Assembly (NCBI GenBank): GCA_965219995.1
Contig: CBDCOX010000002.1
Span: 1,312,001-1,376,000 of the forward strand
From: Candidatus Latescibacterota bacterium
Lineage (GTDB): Bacteria > Latescibacterota > UBA2968 > GCA-2709665
Direction of reading: 5' to 3'
Length of the DNA stretch: 64,000 bases
Shown here: positions 45,489 through 55,895 of the stretch, in pieces
Numbering within the stretch: position 1 is the stretch's first letter
How the letters are laid out: every line of letters begins with the position of its first letter
Notes under the pieces: model-generated
Databases searched by the model: none
What the model saw: only the letters and a program-made list of their open reading frames with translations
Told to the model about the DNA's origin: nothing
Position numbers and translations under genes: made by a program

Positions 45489-46803
45489 AATTGGGCTGTT
45501 CAGTGTTGTTTGCACGCTACCGGCACCCGCCCGCGTACCCAACCATCACGTATTCTATGAACGTGACTACCGTGCGCCGGTTACGACGCTGGAGATCGTC
45601 TTCCTGGGAGCCGGCAGGAGCGCGGTCGGCCCGTCAAAGACCGGACTGGCGGTCACGGCCGCCGCACTGATCGAGGATTATTCAAAAGAACATGGATACA
45701 CGGCTCGACTGGAAACATTAGGCGCACGGCTTAAAGTCAGAACGTATTTTCGATACCAGACGATGGACCTGTCCTGCTTGTCCGGGAATTTCGAAGCTTC
45801 CGTAGGAATCGTGAACGACCTGATGCGGCGGATGGCTGTCACGGGGCCCGCACTTGAAGAGACAAAGGGGAAATTACGCAGATCGTACGAGAAAACCGTA
45901 GATTCCGGCAGCCATGATATCCTGAGGAACTACGCGCTTGCACGGTCGGTCGGTGTAGGAAAATGGTTCTCACGGGAAGCAATGAAGCAAATCACATTGG
46001 AGGATGTCAGTGAGTACTGCGCACGGTTTCTGAACGCGGAAGTTGTGTTCTTCAAGGCAGTCTCGAACCTTGACTCCACGGAGGTCGACGCATCGCTTCG
46101 TCCAATCACGGGCGACCGCCGGCAAGAGGGTTTCGTCTGGTCGCCCGGAACACCGAAAGCCGAACGCCTTCCAGGGCACTCCGCGTTCGTGTTCGAGCAC
46201 TACTCGCATCTGAAGAACGTCTACTGTTACTGGCTCATCCCAATTGGAACGGTCGGCGAGGAAAATTACATTCCCAATATGGTGTCCTGGACGCTTGGAC
46301 GCGGTGGCACCCGCGGCTTGCTCTTCAAACAACTGCGTGAAGAGGCGGGACTGGTTTACGGTACATCCTGTTCCTATCTAAGTGAAGACGACGTCAGGTT
46401 CCTGGAGATTTCCGCCGACCCACGACTCGAAAACAGCGAGGAACTGTTGACAAGCGTGCAGGAGATGATCGTCGGGCTTGCCGACAGACCTGACTTCTGG
46501 ACCTCTATAGCGCAGTTGCGCGAGAACCCGGACGCCATCGAAGCCCATCTACATGGCGAATATGCGCCGCGGCGCAAGCTGAACCGTGCGGTCGACAGGG
46601 CCATCTTCAACTATCCTAGCCGGGCAGACGGCATCAAATCCGTCACGGATGCCGAGATACGGTCATTCCTCGAAAAATACTTTGTTACGGAGAATATGGT
46701 ATTGATGCTGTTCGGGCCGAAGGACCATATCATTGAAATTCTGGAAAGACATTGGCCGGATATCACGATTCACGTACAGCCCGTAGAGAAGGCTATCGAA
46801 TAG
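45460..46803 (+). CDS. M16 peptidase inactive partner subunit
   Basis: KTGLA, LETLGA, LFKQLREEAGLVYG, IKSVTDAEIRSF; no HxxEH. Confidence 0.8.
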   Translation: MKRHANTIVRIGLFSVVCTLPAPARVPNHHVFYERDYRAPVTTLEIVFLGAGRSAVGPSKTGLAVTAAALIEDYSKEHGYTARLETLGARLKVRTYFRYQTMDLSCLSGNFEASVGIVNDLMRRMAVTGPALEETKGKLRRSYEKTVDSGSHDILRNYALARSVGVGKWFSREAMKQITLEDVSEYCARFLNAEVVFFKAVSNLDSTEVDASLRPITGDRRQEGFVWSPGTPKAERLPGHSAFVFEHYSHLKNVYCYWLIPIGTVGEENYIPNMVSWTLGRGGTRGLLFKQLREEAGLVYGTSCSYLSEDDVRFLEISADPRLENSEELLTSVQEMIVGLADRPDFWTSIAQLRENPDAIEAHLHGEYAPRRKLNRAVDRAIFNYPSRADGIKSVTDAEIRSFLEKYFVTENMVLMLFGPKDHIIEILERHWPDITIHVQPVEKAIE

Positions 46804-46823
46804 GCGACGCCCCCAACCCACCT

Positions 46824-48206
46824 ATGTCCCGCCCGCAATCGCCCTCCCGTCCCGAATCCACGCCCTCCGATCAGGCGCCGGTGCTTCCGCAGGTCTGGGC
46901 GATCGCATGGCCCGTGGTGGCCGCGTCGATGCTGGACGCCATGGAGGGGCTTGTCGACATTGCCATGGTTGGACAACTGGGTCCGGCCGCGATCTCGGCG
47001 GTGGGGCTGAGTCGCCAGGTCCTGTTCGTGATCATGGTCATGGCGATATCGGTCAGCACCGGATCCCGGACCCTCGTCGCGCAGTTCTACGGCGCGGGCA
47101 GGCACGGCGACCTCAGCCGTACGGCCCAGCAGGCCATCCTCATGGGAATTCTGCTTTCGGGGGGGCTGGCTCTCGTGGGGAGCATGATCGCACGGCCGGC
47201 ACTCGTCCTGCTCGGTGCACAGGAAGACGTGCTCGTCCACGCCGTGCCGTTCATGCGCGTCTACTTCGCTGGCATCGTCTTCATGATGCCCAACTACATC
47301 ATCGGCGGAATATTCGGCGGCGCCGGGGATACCCGGACGCCGTTGAAGATTTCCTGTCTCATCATCTGTCTGAAGATTCCGCTCTCCTACGGTCTGATCT
47401 TCGGGGCGTGGGGTCTGCCCCAACTGGGCGTGACCGGCGCGGCGCTGGGCAGTGTCGTCTGTCGGGCCGTCGGCTGCGCCATCGGCGTGTACCTGCTCAC
47501 GTCCGGACGGGCGCGGGTGCATATGCGGTGGAACTGGCGGCTTCCGTTCAACCGGGACATCATCGGTCGGATGATGCGCATCGGCGTGCCTGCGGGGATT
47601 CAGGGTTTCTTCCGCAACGGCGCCCGGATTCTGATCTATCGCGTTGTGGGATGGACGAGCCGGCCCACCGCTGCCACGGCCGCGCTCACCATCGGCTTGC
47701 AGATGCGGATGATCGGCATCATGCCGGCCCTTGCGTTTTCCGTGGCGGGCACCGCGCTGGTCGGGCAACGCCTGGGCGCGCGGCAGATCCGCGAAGCCGA
47801 ACGCTTCGCATTAAACACGATCCGGCTGTGCATGACGTTCATCACCGTTTGCGCCGTCCTCATCTGCGTCTTCGCGCGGGAGATCGTGGACCTGTTCACG
47901 GATTCGGCGGCGGTGATCGACATGGGAACCGTGATGCTCCTGTACTTTACGGTCGCACAGGTCTTTTCCGCGTTGTCCATCGTCGCCGGGGGCGTCCTGG
48001 CCGGCGGCGGTGAAACCAGGCCCCTGCTCTACTATACGATTGTGGCGCAGTGGCTGGTGATGCTGCCGCTCTCCTACGTCCTGGCGTTTCTGCTGAATAT
48101 GGATGCCGTGGGAATCTGGATCGCCTGGTTCATCGGCGGCGTCGCGCAGGGGATTCTGGCGTGGGCCCGGTATCGGAAGGGCGCGTGGAAGCAGACGGTC
48201 ATCTGA
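46824..48206 (+). CDS. MATE-family efflux transporter
   Basis: IAWP, VDIAMVGQLG..AISAVG, VAQFYGA, GDTRTP, LGVTGAA, VGQRLGA. Confidence 0.94.
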   Translation: MSRPQSPSRPESTPSDQAPVLPQVWAIAWPVVAASMLDAMEGLVDIAMVGQLGPAAISAVGLSRQVLFVIMVMAISVSTGSRTLVAQFYGAGRHGDLSRTAQQAILMGILLSGGLALVGSMIARPALVLLGAQEDVLVHAVPFMRVYFAGIVFMMPNYIIGGIFGGAGDTRTPLKISCLIICLKIPLSYGLIFGAWGLPQLGVTGAALGSVVCRAVGCAIGVYLLTSGRARVHMRWNWRLPFNRDIIGRMMRIGVPAGIQGFFRNGARILIYRVVGWTSRPTAATAALTIGLQMRMIGIMPALAFSVAGTALVGQRLGARQIREAERFALNTIRLCMTFITVCAVLICVFAREIVDLFTDSAAVIDMGTVMLLYFTVAQVFSALSIVAGGVLAGGGETRPLLYYTIVAQWLVMLPLSYVLAFLLNMDAVGIWIAWFIGGVAQGILAWARYRKGAWKQTVI

Positions 48207-48388
48207 TGCGAATGCGGGGCGACAATGCGAGATGATGTGGCTAAGCAAAGACGGGCGCCCACAAGGGACGCACCTACGCAGAGACCCGCCGCCTCGTCCG
48301 CCAGCCGCCTGCCGCGTTCGTAATCTGCGTCTCCCCTCGTCCTCCACGCCTCGTCCAACAGTTGCGCAATTTTCTGTATCCTTGACAT
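48074..48388 (-). pseudogene. Truncated TPR-like gene fragment ending at a REP element
   Basis: SD + MSRIQKIAQLLDEAWRTRGDADYERGRRLADEAAGLC, then runs straight into REP-derived VGASLVGAR and non-protein-like sequence. Confidence 0.45.
48253..48277. repeat. GTAG-type REP palindrome, copy 2
   Basis: Minus strand GTAGGTGCGTCCCTTGTGGGCGCCC; 22/24 to 15151-15174. Confidence 0.7.
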
Positions 48389-48417
48389 GTACACCCTTTC
48401 TCTCTGGCGACCGGGAA

Positions 48418-49164
48418 TTACCGTTTTCTCGGCGTGTAGAACAGCAGAGTACCGATCTGCTCGTATCCGATCGAGGCATACAATAGTGCGCCCGTATGGG
48501 TCGCGGTCAAGACGGCCAGCTGCGAGCCGTTCGACCGGTCGTCGCGCAACATTCCGCACATCAACGCCCGGCCGATCCCCCTGCGCCGGGCCGCGGGCGC
48601 GACGTGCATGTTCGAACACCACGTTGCGGAATCCACGACGATGCTCTGGACCCAGCCCACGGGCTGCCCGTCTTCCAGCGCGACGTATTGCCTGAGCAGA
48701 GCGTCCGGGGAAAGGTGTTCCGGCAGAATCTGCCTGATCCGCGTCGTCCGGTTCAATCTGTCCGCCAGTTCGGCCGTGAGGACACGCTCGATGGGCAGTG
48801 GATCCACGGCGCGGGGTATGCGCCGCAGACGATGCACCATGACCGGTTCTGTCGAATTCAGGCGATAATTCAAAGCTTTGAAGTCTGCCCTCAACCCCGC
48901 GTCGGATTCCCCCTCGGCGCAGATCGCGCAGATGCCGAACTGGCCCCGGGTGTTCCTCGTAGCCACCCTGTGGATCTCTTCCGCGTCAACGCCATGGGCG
49001 ATCCACTCCTCCCTGCGATAGGTGCCGCGCTTTCTCGGGGCATCCCTCACCACCCAGAGGGGACCCTCCCGGCTCGCGGGATATGGATGCGTAAAGCTCC
49101 TGGTAAAGCTGAAGCCGCGGGCGAAAACTTCCAGAGCCCGTTGCATGAGCGCGTTTTCGGGCAC
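48418..49164 (-). CDS. GNAT-family N-acetyltransferase
   Basis: MHVAPAARRRGIGRALM, GALLYASIGY. Confidence 0.9.
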   Translation of the reverse strand: MPENALMQRALEVFARGFSFTRSFTHPYPASREGPLWVVRDAPRKRGTYRREEWIAHGVDAEEIHRVATRNTRGQFGICAICAEGESDAGLRADFKALNYRLNSTEPVMVHRLRRIPRAVDPLPIERVLTAELADRLNRTTRIRQILPEHLSPDALLRQYVALEDGQPVGWVQSIVVDSATWCSNMHVAPAARRRGIGRALMCGMLRDDRSNGSQLAVLTATHTGALLYASIGYEQIGTLLFYTPRKR

Positions 49165-49333
49165 GGTGTCCTATCTCCCCCGTATCGAAATCACATGAAC
49201 CGGGCAGTCGTCCGGCATGCGTCCAGATAAAACTGGACTGCGGCCGGGACGCCCCATAGTTTTCGAAGACAGCGGAAACGATCCTGTTTCAGAAACTTCG
49301 GAGAGTTTATAATCTAACGCGGTCTACCCTTCG

Positions 49334-49867
49334 ATGCAAAATACTCCTTCATCGCTCCCGGGGAAATCCCAATCGCGCCCGGCTCGTGCGGGCGGTCCAC
49401 GGCTTCGGCCCGGCGATCGTCTGGGGGTCGTTGCCGACTCCCACGGACTTATGAGACCGGAAGTGCTGGAACTCCTCAAGGACGTCCACGCGATCGTCCA
49501 CGCGGGCGACGTTGGGAAAATTCACGTCCTGGAGCAATTGGAGCGAATCGCGCCGGTGTACGCGGTCCGCGGCAACGTGGATCGGGTTCCGCCGTGCAGC
49601 GACCTCCCCGAAAACCTGGTGCTGTCCGCCGGCAGGAGTCGAATTCTGGTGACCCACGTCCTCGAAGACGCGGACGTCGCGGGTTTCGATCTGGTGGTGT
49701 GCGGCCATTCTCACAACCCGAAAATCAGCATGTCCGGATCGACGTGCTGCCTGAATCCGGGCAGTATCGGACCCCGTCGTTTCAAGCTGCCCGTCTCGAT
49801 GGGGTACATCACCCTATCCCCCGACGGTGCGCTGGTTCCACAACTGAGAACCGTGGAGATAGAATAG
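49334..49867 (+). CDS. YfcE/MJ0936-family metallophosphoesterase
   Basis: ADSHG, HAGDV, VRGNVD, VTH, GHSH, NPGS. Confidence 0.92.
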   Translation: MQNTPSSLPGKSQSRPARAGGPRLRPGDRLGVVADSHGLMRPEVLELLKDVHAIVHAGDVGKIHVLEQLERIAPVYAVRGNVDRVPPCSDLPENLVLSAGRSRILVTHVLEDADVAGFDLVVCGHSHNPKISMSGSTCCLNPGSIGPRRFKLPVSMGYITLSPDGALVPQLRTVEIE

Positions 49868-49908
49868 TGGTTCACCGGTTGACTTAAATCCGAGGAAGGA
49901 GTCCTGAA

Positions 49909-51579
49909 ATGAAGAGCGGTGACACGAAAGCGGATGGCACTCACGCCGACTGGGTCATTTCCCGAATGACCAGGCCACGTGAGTTGGAGGCTTCAGCCGA
50001 CGACATGCGAAAAAAAGGCGCGGGCGCGGAGGTCTGGGCGATGTTCATGGCGACGATACGGGGCGACCTGGATACGATTCAAAAGCTTGTCGAGTGCAAC
50101 CCGGACCTCCTCCGCTGCGTCCACTACTACACCCAGCCCATCAAGTTCGCGGTCCGGGAGGGTCACGCCGAGGTCGTGCGTTTCCTGTTGGATAACGGCG
50201 TGAGCCCCTTCTACCGGACCCGGATCTTCCACGAATCGCTGGTCGACCTGGCGGCGGACCGGGAACACGGAGAAATCGTCAGAATCCTTGAAGAGGCCAT
50301 CAGCAGAAAGAGCGGGGGCTACACCCGGGAGACGGAGCCCCTCGCAAACGAACTCCTCGAATCCGTCCGCACAAGGGATTACGAAAAGACGGCGCGTATT
50401 GTCCAAAATTCTCCCGAACGCGTCAGATTGAGCAACGCGAACGGGACGACGGCGCTCCACGAGGCGGTTGAAATTGGCGACTTCCACGCTGCGAAGCTGC
50501 TCCTGGACAACGGTGCAGACATTCAGGCCCAGGCGGGCACGGGCTTCAGCGTGGGCCGGAAGCCAATCCACGTGGCGCTCTATGCAGGATGGCGGGACCG
50601 GATTCTCATACGAAAGAAAGCGGCGCTGGCGGGCTATCTGGTCGGCCGGGGCGCGGACTACAATATTCTCGTTGCCGCCGCGTTCGGCGATACCCGGCGC
50701 GTCCGGGAGTTTCTGGACGCGGATCCCTCTCTTGCCAATTTTCGCGACACCTGCGACAGGCCGCCCATATCCATCGCGGCCGGCCGGGGCCATCACGACA
50801 TCGTGGAACTTCTGCTTGAACGAGGCGCCGATCCGAACGCGGCGGAACCGGACGCGCCCCGCGGCAAAGCCCTGCTGGAGGCCGTATTTCACGGCCATAT
50901 CGCCACCGCCGAACTGCTCCTCCATCACGGCGCGGACCCCAACGGCAACGTGGACTCGACAGGTACGGCATTTGTTCATGCCAGAAAGCACCCGGAACTC
51001 TATGAACGGATGAGATCACACGGCGGGAGGGAGGATATCATCCCGCCCATCCGCGGGGCGGTAAACGCCAACGACCTGGCAGCGGTGGACGAAATACTCA
51101 CACAGAATCCCGATGAGATCGTGGACGCGCCGCTGGGAAATCCCGCGAAGCGCGGCAGGTTGGAGATGGTGAAGCTTCTGCTGAAACACGGCGCCGTCGT
51201 ATCCGACGAGAATCACGCCGGCCTCTTCCGGGTCTACGAAACCGCGAAATTCTTCCTTGACAGGGGAGCAAATCCCAACTACAGAAACTGGCAGGGGATC
51301 ACTTCTCTCCACATGATCGCGCACGAGGGCGACGTTCAAAGAGCCGGCCTTCTGCTCGACTACGGTGCGGCAATCAATGCAATAGAACCGGAATACTGCG
51401 CCACGCCCCTCGGCCTGGCGTGCCGGGCGGGCCATGCGCCAATGGTCGAATTCCTCCTCGCGCGCGGGGCGGACGCCGGCCTTCCACGCGAGCATCCGTG
51501 GGCGCGGCCCGTCGCGTGGGCGGAGAAGAGGGGACACACGGCGATTGTGGGGTTGCTTCAGGCACACGGCGCCGGATAG
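49909..51579 (+). CDS. Large ankyrin-repeat protein
   Basis: Multiple TALHxA / LLxxGADPN repeats; GAGGAAGGAG SD. Confidence 0.92.
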   Translation: MKSGDTKADGTHADWVISRMTRPRELEASADDMRKKGAGAEVWAMFMATIRGDLDTIQKLVECNPDLLRCVHYYTQPIKFAVREGHAEVVRFLLDNGVSPFYRTRIFHESLVDLAADREHGEIVRILEEAISRKSGGYTRETEPLANELLESVRTRDYEKTARIVQNSPERVRLSNANGTTALHEAVEIGDFHAAKLLLDNGADIQAQAGTGFSVGRKPIHVALYAGWRDRILIRKKAALAGYLVGRGADYNILVAAAFGDTRRVREFLDADPSLANFRDTCDRPPISIAAGRGHHDIVELLLERGADPNAAEPDAPRGKALLEAVFHGHIATAELLLHHGADPNGNVDSTGTAFVHARKHPELYERMRSHGGREDIIPPIRGAVNANDLAAVDEILTQNPDEIVDAPLGNPAKRGRLEMVKLLLKHGAVVSDENHAGLFRVYETAKFFLDRGANPNYRNWQGITSLHMIAHEGDVQRAGLLLDYGAAINAIEPEYCATPLGLACRAGHAPMVEFLLARGADAGLPREHPWARPVAWAEKRGHTAIVGLLQAHGAG

Positions 51580-51645
51580 CGGGATGTATCGATCCTGGAA
51601 GAGGGTGGCGGACGTGCGTGCCGACAGTCCGTTCGACCTCCCGGG

Positions 51646-52365
51646 TCAGCGACGTCGGCGGGAACCCCACCACCTGGCGATAGGAAATGGAACATAGACA
51701 AAAGAGAACATAGCCAGGCCGACGACATCGAGAACAGCGAGGTACCACGGCCAAGGGAGGAAGAAGAAGGGAGATACGGTGCCCCAGGGGGGCTCGGAGA
51801 GATACATGTAGTTCGCATCGCAGAGGTAATTGACAACCGCGACAACCGCCGCCAGTATGTGGAGCCCGGCAAACGCCCTCCAGAGCCCACCCCGCGTCGG
51901 CCGCATGTTCAGGCCCCACGTGGCGTACAGGACCCCCGCAACAATGCCGGAATGCGAAATGAAATACTGGAAGAATCGATACTGTGGAAAGTCAACCGCC
52001 AGGTTGCCCGGCGTGACAACCGCGTTCGCCGACCCGACCAGGCCCCAGAAGTAGGCGATCTCGTACACCTTCTGATTGCGAGTCAGCAGGGTGATCGACG
52101 TCAGAAAGATCGCGATACCGCACAGGTGGAGAGGCAGGAAATAACGCAGGAATATGTCGAGGCCATAGCCGGTAATCCGGAAGCCCCAGTGGATCAGCTC
52201 GTTGCCGAGGAGGAGGACCGCAAGCACAGATCCGATCGCGGCGGCCGTCCGAGGGCCGGCCCGCTTCGCGATCAGCGAGAGCAGCACCGGAAGGGCCACC
52301 GTTAGCGCCATCACGACCAGATGCGGCGGCCCGAACGTCCGAAAGCCGCCGGTCAACGCGCCCAC
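51646..52365 (-). CDS. TIGR02206/YwaF-like integral membrane protein
   Basis: FGPPH, LPLHLC, YFWGL, YFISH, ANYMYL, PWPWY. Probable GTG start 52365. Confidence 0.85.
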   Translation of the reverse strand: MGALTGGFRTFGPPHLVVMALTVALPVLLSLIAKRAGPRTAAAIGSVLAVLLLGNELIHWGFRITGYGLDIFLRYFLPLHLCGIAIFLTSITLLTRNQKVYEIAYFWGLVGSANAVVTPGNLAVDFPQYRFFQYFISHSGIVAGVLYATWGLNMRPTRGGLWRAFAGLHILAAVVAVVNYLCDANYMYLSEPPWGTVSPFFFLPWPWYLAVLDVVGLAMFSFVYVPFPIARWWGSRRRR

Positions 52366-54314
52366 CCCTCGCCGGAAGCCAGGTCTCTTCCCACACGCCA
52401 CGTCGTTCCCGACACGTCGACGGTCATCTCCACGCGGTCGTCCCCTGCGCGGGCCTCCGCGGGCAATTCGGCCGAAACGCCCGGCGGCTCCGTGCCGCGG
52501 TAGGGAACGATCACCGTGGCGAAAACCGTTGGCGCCTGGTTGTCCAGGGCGAACCGGAACGCCTTGCGCGGCATGCGGTAACCGTACTCCCACGCGAACC
52601 AGCCGGTCTCTTCGACGATTGACGCGGCGCATCCGTCCGCCGCCTGCACCAGAACGTTGGCGTCGTCGAATCCCGTGAACGCCCGGTTTCCCCCGCCGTC
52701 GAACGTGACGTCTCCAGGCGCGAACTGGTAGTGAATGTCCAGCTGACCGGGCGCGGCGCCGATCGCCTCGTCAAGCAACACGAAGAAACGCCGGTCCACG
52801 AACCAGACGGAACGCCGGTGGGTCAGACCGGGATACGACCCGTTCTCCACCGCGAGGACGTCTGAGTCAGCCCCTTCCGAGACCCACATCAGGTGACGCG
52901 CATCGTCGGCGATGTCCCCGCCGTCCAGGGTCAGGGTCTGATGTACCGAGGTCTGCCGGTGCCACGCGCGCGCCTCCCCGTCCCGCCCATAGGTGTAGAA
53001 ACCGGTATCAGACATCAGCCAGCGGCCGTACGCGTACAATTCGAACGTCCCGTTATCGGGCTGGTCGTGGCTCGAAATCGCGGGCGGAGAACAGTGCAGT
53101 GCCAGGTAGACCTGATCGGGGCCCCAGGCGTTGCGCATCACGTAGAAGCCGGCCTCTTTGAACGCGTGGCTCTTCCGGTCCGGCAGGGCGTCCAGGTGCA
53201 GGTCTGCCCGCGCCGCGTACTTGGGATCGCCCAGCAATTCGGTCGCGTTCACCAGTTCGTCGTAGAGCGGCCACTCTGTGCGGTCGTCCATGGTTTTCAA
53301 CGGACGCGAGCCGTCCCCGAACATGGGCGGACCCAGATCCGGGGTTGCGATCCAGAAAATGTAGTCGTACATCTTTCGGACACGCTCCAGGAACGCCGCC
53401 GGTATCTCGATGTCGAACGCGTCAAGGCGACCGAAGATCTCCACGGCGTCCCTCAAAACGCCCTGGTGATAGCCGAAGGACCACTCTCTCTGCACCCCGT
53501 CCTCCGTCGTCTGCCCCAGGATGTTTTCTTCGACGCGCGCCAGCCCCAATTTCATCCACTCGCGAGACTCCCGGAACTCGCTGAACGTGTACGCGGCATT
53601 GATGAATCCACGCTGTTCGAACACGGCCTTGTTGTGGATGAGGCCCATCGGAATCAGCTTTGTTTTCGTCTGGTGGTCGTAAAGGCTCGCGAGCAGCACG
53701 CCCAGAAACTCCGGCGTGAACGCCTCGGCCTGAACCAGGCCGCGAAACGCCGCGCAGATGTTCGTGGCCCGGATGCCCGTCTGCAGGTCCAGCCACGCGA
53801 ATCCTTTCCAGAACTTGTAAACGGGATGGGTTCTGGTGTGTTTTTCGAGGGGATGCTTCGATATCCAGTCGGTCGCCAGATCGACGAATGCCCGCCCGTA
53901 CTTTTCGTCCCGCGTCGCCGCATAGGCGTTGACGAGCGGCGCGGCCCAATAGAAACGATAGAGGACGCATACCCATTCGATATCCCCGGGCGGGTCCCAC
54001 TCCCAGTCCATTTCCTCGCCGTACTGCGCCTCTTCGTACGGCCCCCACTGGAAGATGCGGCGGCAGATCTTGTCCGCCGCTGTATGATCGCCGTCTCCAC
54101 GGGATTCTTCCAGCGGGTATTTCCCCCGGTAATAGTCCAGCAGCGCGGCGAGTGCGCTCAACCGGTCGCCGGCATCGGCAGCGCGTTTCACCGCCTCCAG
54201 CCCCGCTCCTGTCAGGTCCAGTTTTTCAAGAATGTCTTTCGGGTCCAACGACGAAAGCGGCATCTCATGATCGATCTGATCCGCGCCCGCGGGGCGCTCT
54301 ACCAGGTAGGTCAT
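52353..54314 (-). CDS. Heparinase II/III-family polysaccharide lyase
   Basis: WISKHP, DGVQREWSFGYH, PMFGD, GFYVMR, HDQPDNGTFEL, DTGFYTY, HQTLTLDG. ATG 54314 with GGAAGGG SD. Confidence 0.9.
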   Translation of the reverse strand: MTYLVERPAGADQIDHEMPLSSLDPKDILEKLDLTGAGLEAVKRAADAGDRLSALAALLDYYRGKYPLEESRGDGDHTAADKICRRIFQWGPYEEAQYGEEMDWEWDPPGDIEWVCVLYRFYWAAPLVNAYAATRDEKYGRAFVDLATDWISKHPLEKHTRTHPVYKFWKGFAWLDLQTGIRATNICAAFRGLVQAEAFTPEFLGVLLASLYDHQTKTKLIPMGLIHNKAVFEQRGFINAAYTFSEFRESREWMKLGLARVEENILGQTTEDGVQREWSFGYHQGVLRDAVEIFGRLDAFDIEIPAAFLERVRKMYDYIFWIATPDLGPPMFGDGSRPLKTMDDRTEWPLYDELVNATELLGDPKYAARADLHLDALPDRKSHAFKEAGFYVMRNAWGPDQVYLALHCSPPAISSHDQPDNGTFELYAYGRWLMSDTGFYTYGRDGEARAWHRQTSVHQTLTLDGGDIADDARHLMWVSEGADSDVLAVENGSYPGLTHRRSVWFVDRRFFVLLDEAIGAAPGQLDIHYQFAPGDVTFDGGGNRAFTGFDDANVLVQAADGCAASIVEETGWFAWEYGYRMPRKAFRFALDNQAPTVFATVIVPYRGTEPPGVSAELPAEARAGDDRVEMTVDVSGTTWRVGRDLASGEGWAR

Positions 54315-54558
54315 TTCCCTTCCCTTGATGACGGTTTTCGCGCGATGGGCTCCAGGTCTACGCAGTCGCCTTCGGACTGCGTTGCGCACGTAACTTACGC
54401 CCCGGCCGGCGCGTTGGCAATACAATTGTTGGATATCTTGACGGAAGGGAATACAATGGTTAGGCAGATTCGGCAGGACGACAAACGAGAGGCTGGATCT
54501 GCCGGTTGGAGACGTAGAAGGGAAACTGCTTGCCAGATTCCGAAACGCCGATGGGTAG

Positions 54559-54602
54559 ATTTGAAAGTATTACTTGCAAATTTAACATCGTCGCAGTACA
54601 TT
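54559..54602 (+). promoter_or_regulatory. Probably leaderless promoter with palindromic operator
   Basis: ATTTGAAAGTA-T-TACTTGCAAAT (10/11 arm match) overlapping TTGCAA-17nt-TACATT, ending 10 nt before ATG 54613. Confidence 0.6.
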
Positions 54603-54612
54603 CGCTGATGCC

Positions 54613-55794
54613 ATGGTTACTCGAGAGATTACAGACAGGCTGGTCGCACTATTCAAACAATACCCCTTTGTCACCGTGACCGGCCCGCGGCAGTCGGGCA
54701 AGACCACGCTCTGCCGCGCCGCGTTTCCCCATCTCGAATACGTCAACCTGGAAGCACCGGATCAACGTCTCTTCGCCGAGTCCGATCCACGGGGTTTTCT
54801 TTCCCACGTCGGCGATGGGGTTATTCTGGATGAGATCCAGCGCGTTCCGCAACTCCTTTCCTACCTCCAGGTCCTGGCAGACGAAACAGGCCGAAACAGT
54901 CTGTTCGTTTTGACCGGCAGCGAGCAGTTCAGGATTTCCGATACGATCAGTCAATCCCTGGCGGGTCGTACGGCGCTGCTTTGCCTCCTGCCATTCTCGC
55001 TGGACGAACGGAGACGCGCGGGCGCCAGCGGCGAGGTCGACGACATCCTGTACTCCGGATGTTACCCCCGGATTCACGATCAAAAACTCGAACCCAGACA
55101 GGCGCTCGGCGACTATTTCGAAACCTATGTCGAGCGAGACGTGCGCCGCATGGGAGAGGTCCGCAATCTCTCCGGCTTTCGTCGATTCGCGCGGCTGTGC
55201 GCCGGGCGCGTGGGCCAACTTCTCAATGTCTCGTCACTTGGCGCCGACGCGGGCGTTTCGCATACTACGGCGCGCGAGTGGCTTTCGATTCTGGAAGCCA
55301 GCTATGTTGTCTTTCAGCTCCCGCCATTCTACGCCAACATACGCAAACGCCTGACGAAGTCACCCAAGCTCTATTTCTACGACGTCGGTCTGGCGAGCTA
55401 TCTGATCGGTATCGAACATGCGGATCAGATTGCAACCCACCCTCTGCGCGGCGCGCTGTTCGAAAACGCCGTCGTCTCCGAGGCAATAAAGTATCTGTTC
55501 AACCGTGGCCGCCGTTCCAATCTCTCATTTTTCCGCGATACCCGGGGTCTGGAGTGCGACCTTCTCTACGAGCGGGGCAGTCGAATCGGCGCAATTGAGA
55601 TCAAGTCCGGCGCGACCGTGGCATCCGATTACTTCGACTCGCTGAATCGGGTCGCAAGACTCCTGCCGCAGGTCTCCGACAGAGGATTGGTCTATGGGGG
55701 CGCGATGGGTCAGTCCCGCAGCGACGTTGAAGTGGTGACGCTCGCCGACGTCGGCGACCTGCTCGAGCGGTTCGACAATCGGACCGGGGGATGA
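54613..55794 (+). CDS. AAA_14 ATPase with DUF4143 (paralog of 17484-18707)
   Basis: GPRQSGKT, LDEIQ, LTGS, SLAGR, TYVERDV, KSPKLYFYDVG, ECDLL...IEIKS. Confidence 0.93.
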   Translation: MVTREITDRLVALFKQYPFVTVTGPRQSGKTTLCRAAFPHLEYVNLEAPDQRLFAESDPRGFLSHVGDGVILDEIQRVPQLLSYLQVLADETGRNSLFVLTGSEQFRISDTISQSLAGRTALLCLLPFSLDERRRAGASGEVDDILYSGCYPRIHDQKLEPRQALGDYFETYVERDVRRMGEVRNLSGFRRFARLCAGRVGQLLNVSSLGADAGVSHTTAREWLSILEASYVVFQLPPFYANIRKRLTKSPKLYFYDVGLASYLIGIEHADQIATHPLRGALFENAVVSEAIKYLFNRGRRSNLSFFRDTRGLECDLLYERGSRIGAIEIKSGATVASDYFDSLNRVARLLPQVSDRGLVYGGAMGQSRSDVEVVTLADVGDLLERFDNRTGG

Positions 55795-55895
55795 ACGACC
55801 CCGTCGAAATCCGCACTGGATCAGCAATCCCGGGACTGTGGTGCGAAGGCGACGTCATACGCTTCTAAATGACTGGAAAACAGGGATATATATTC

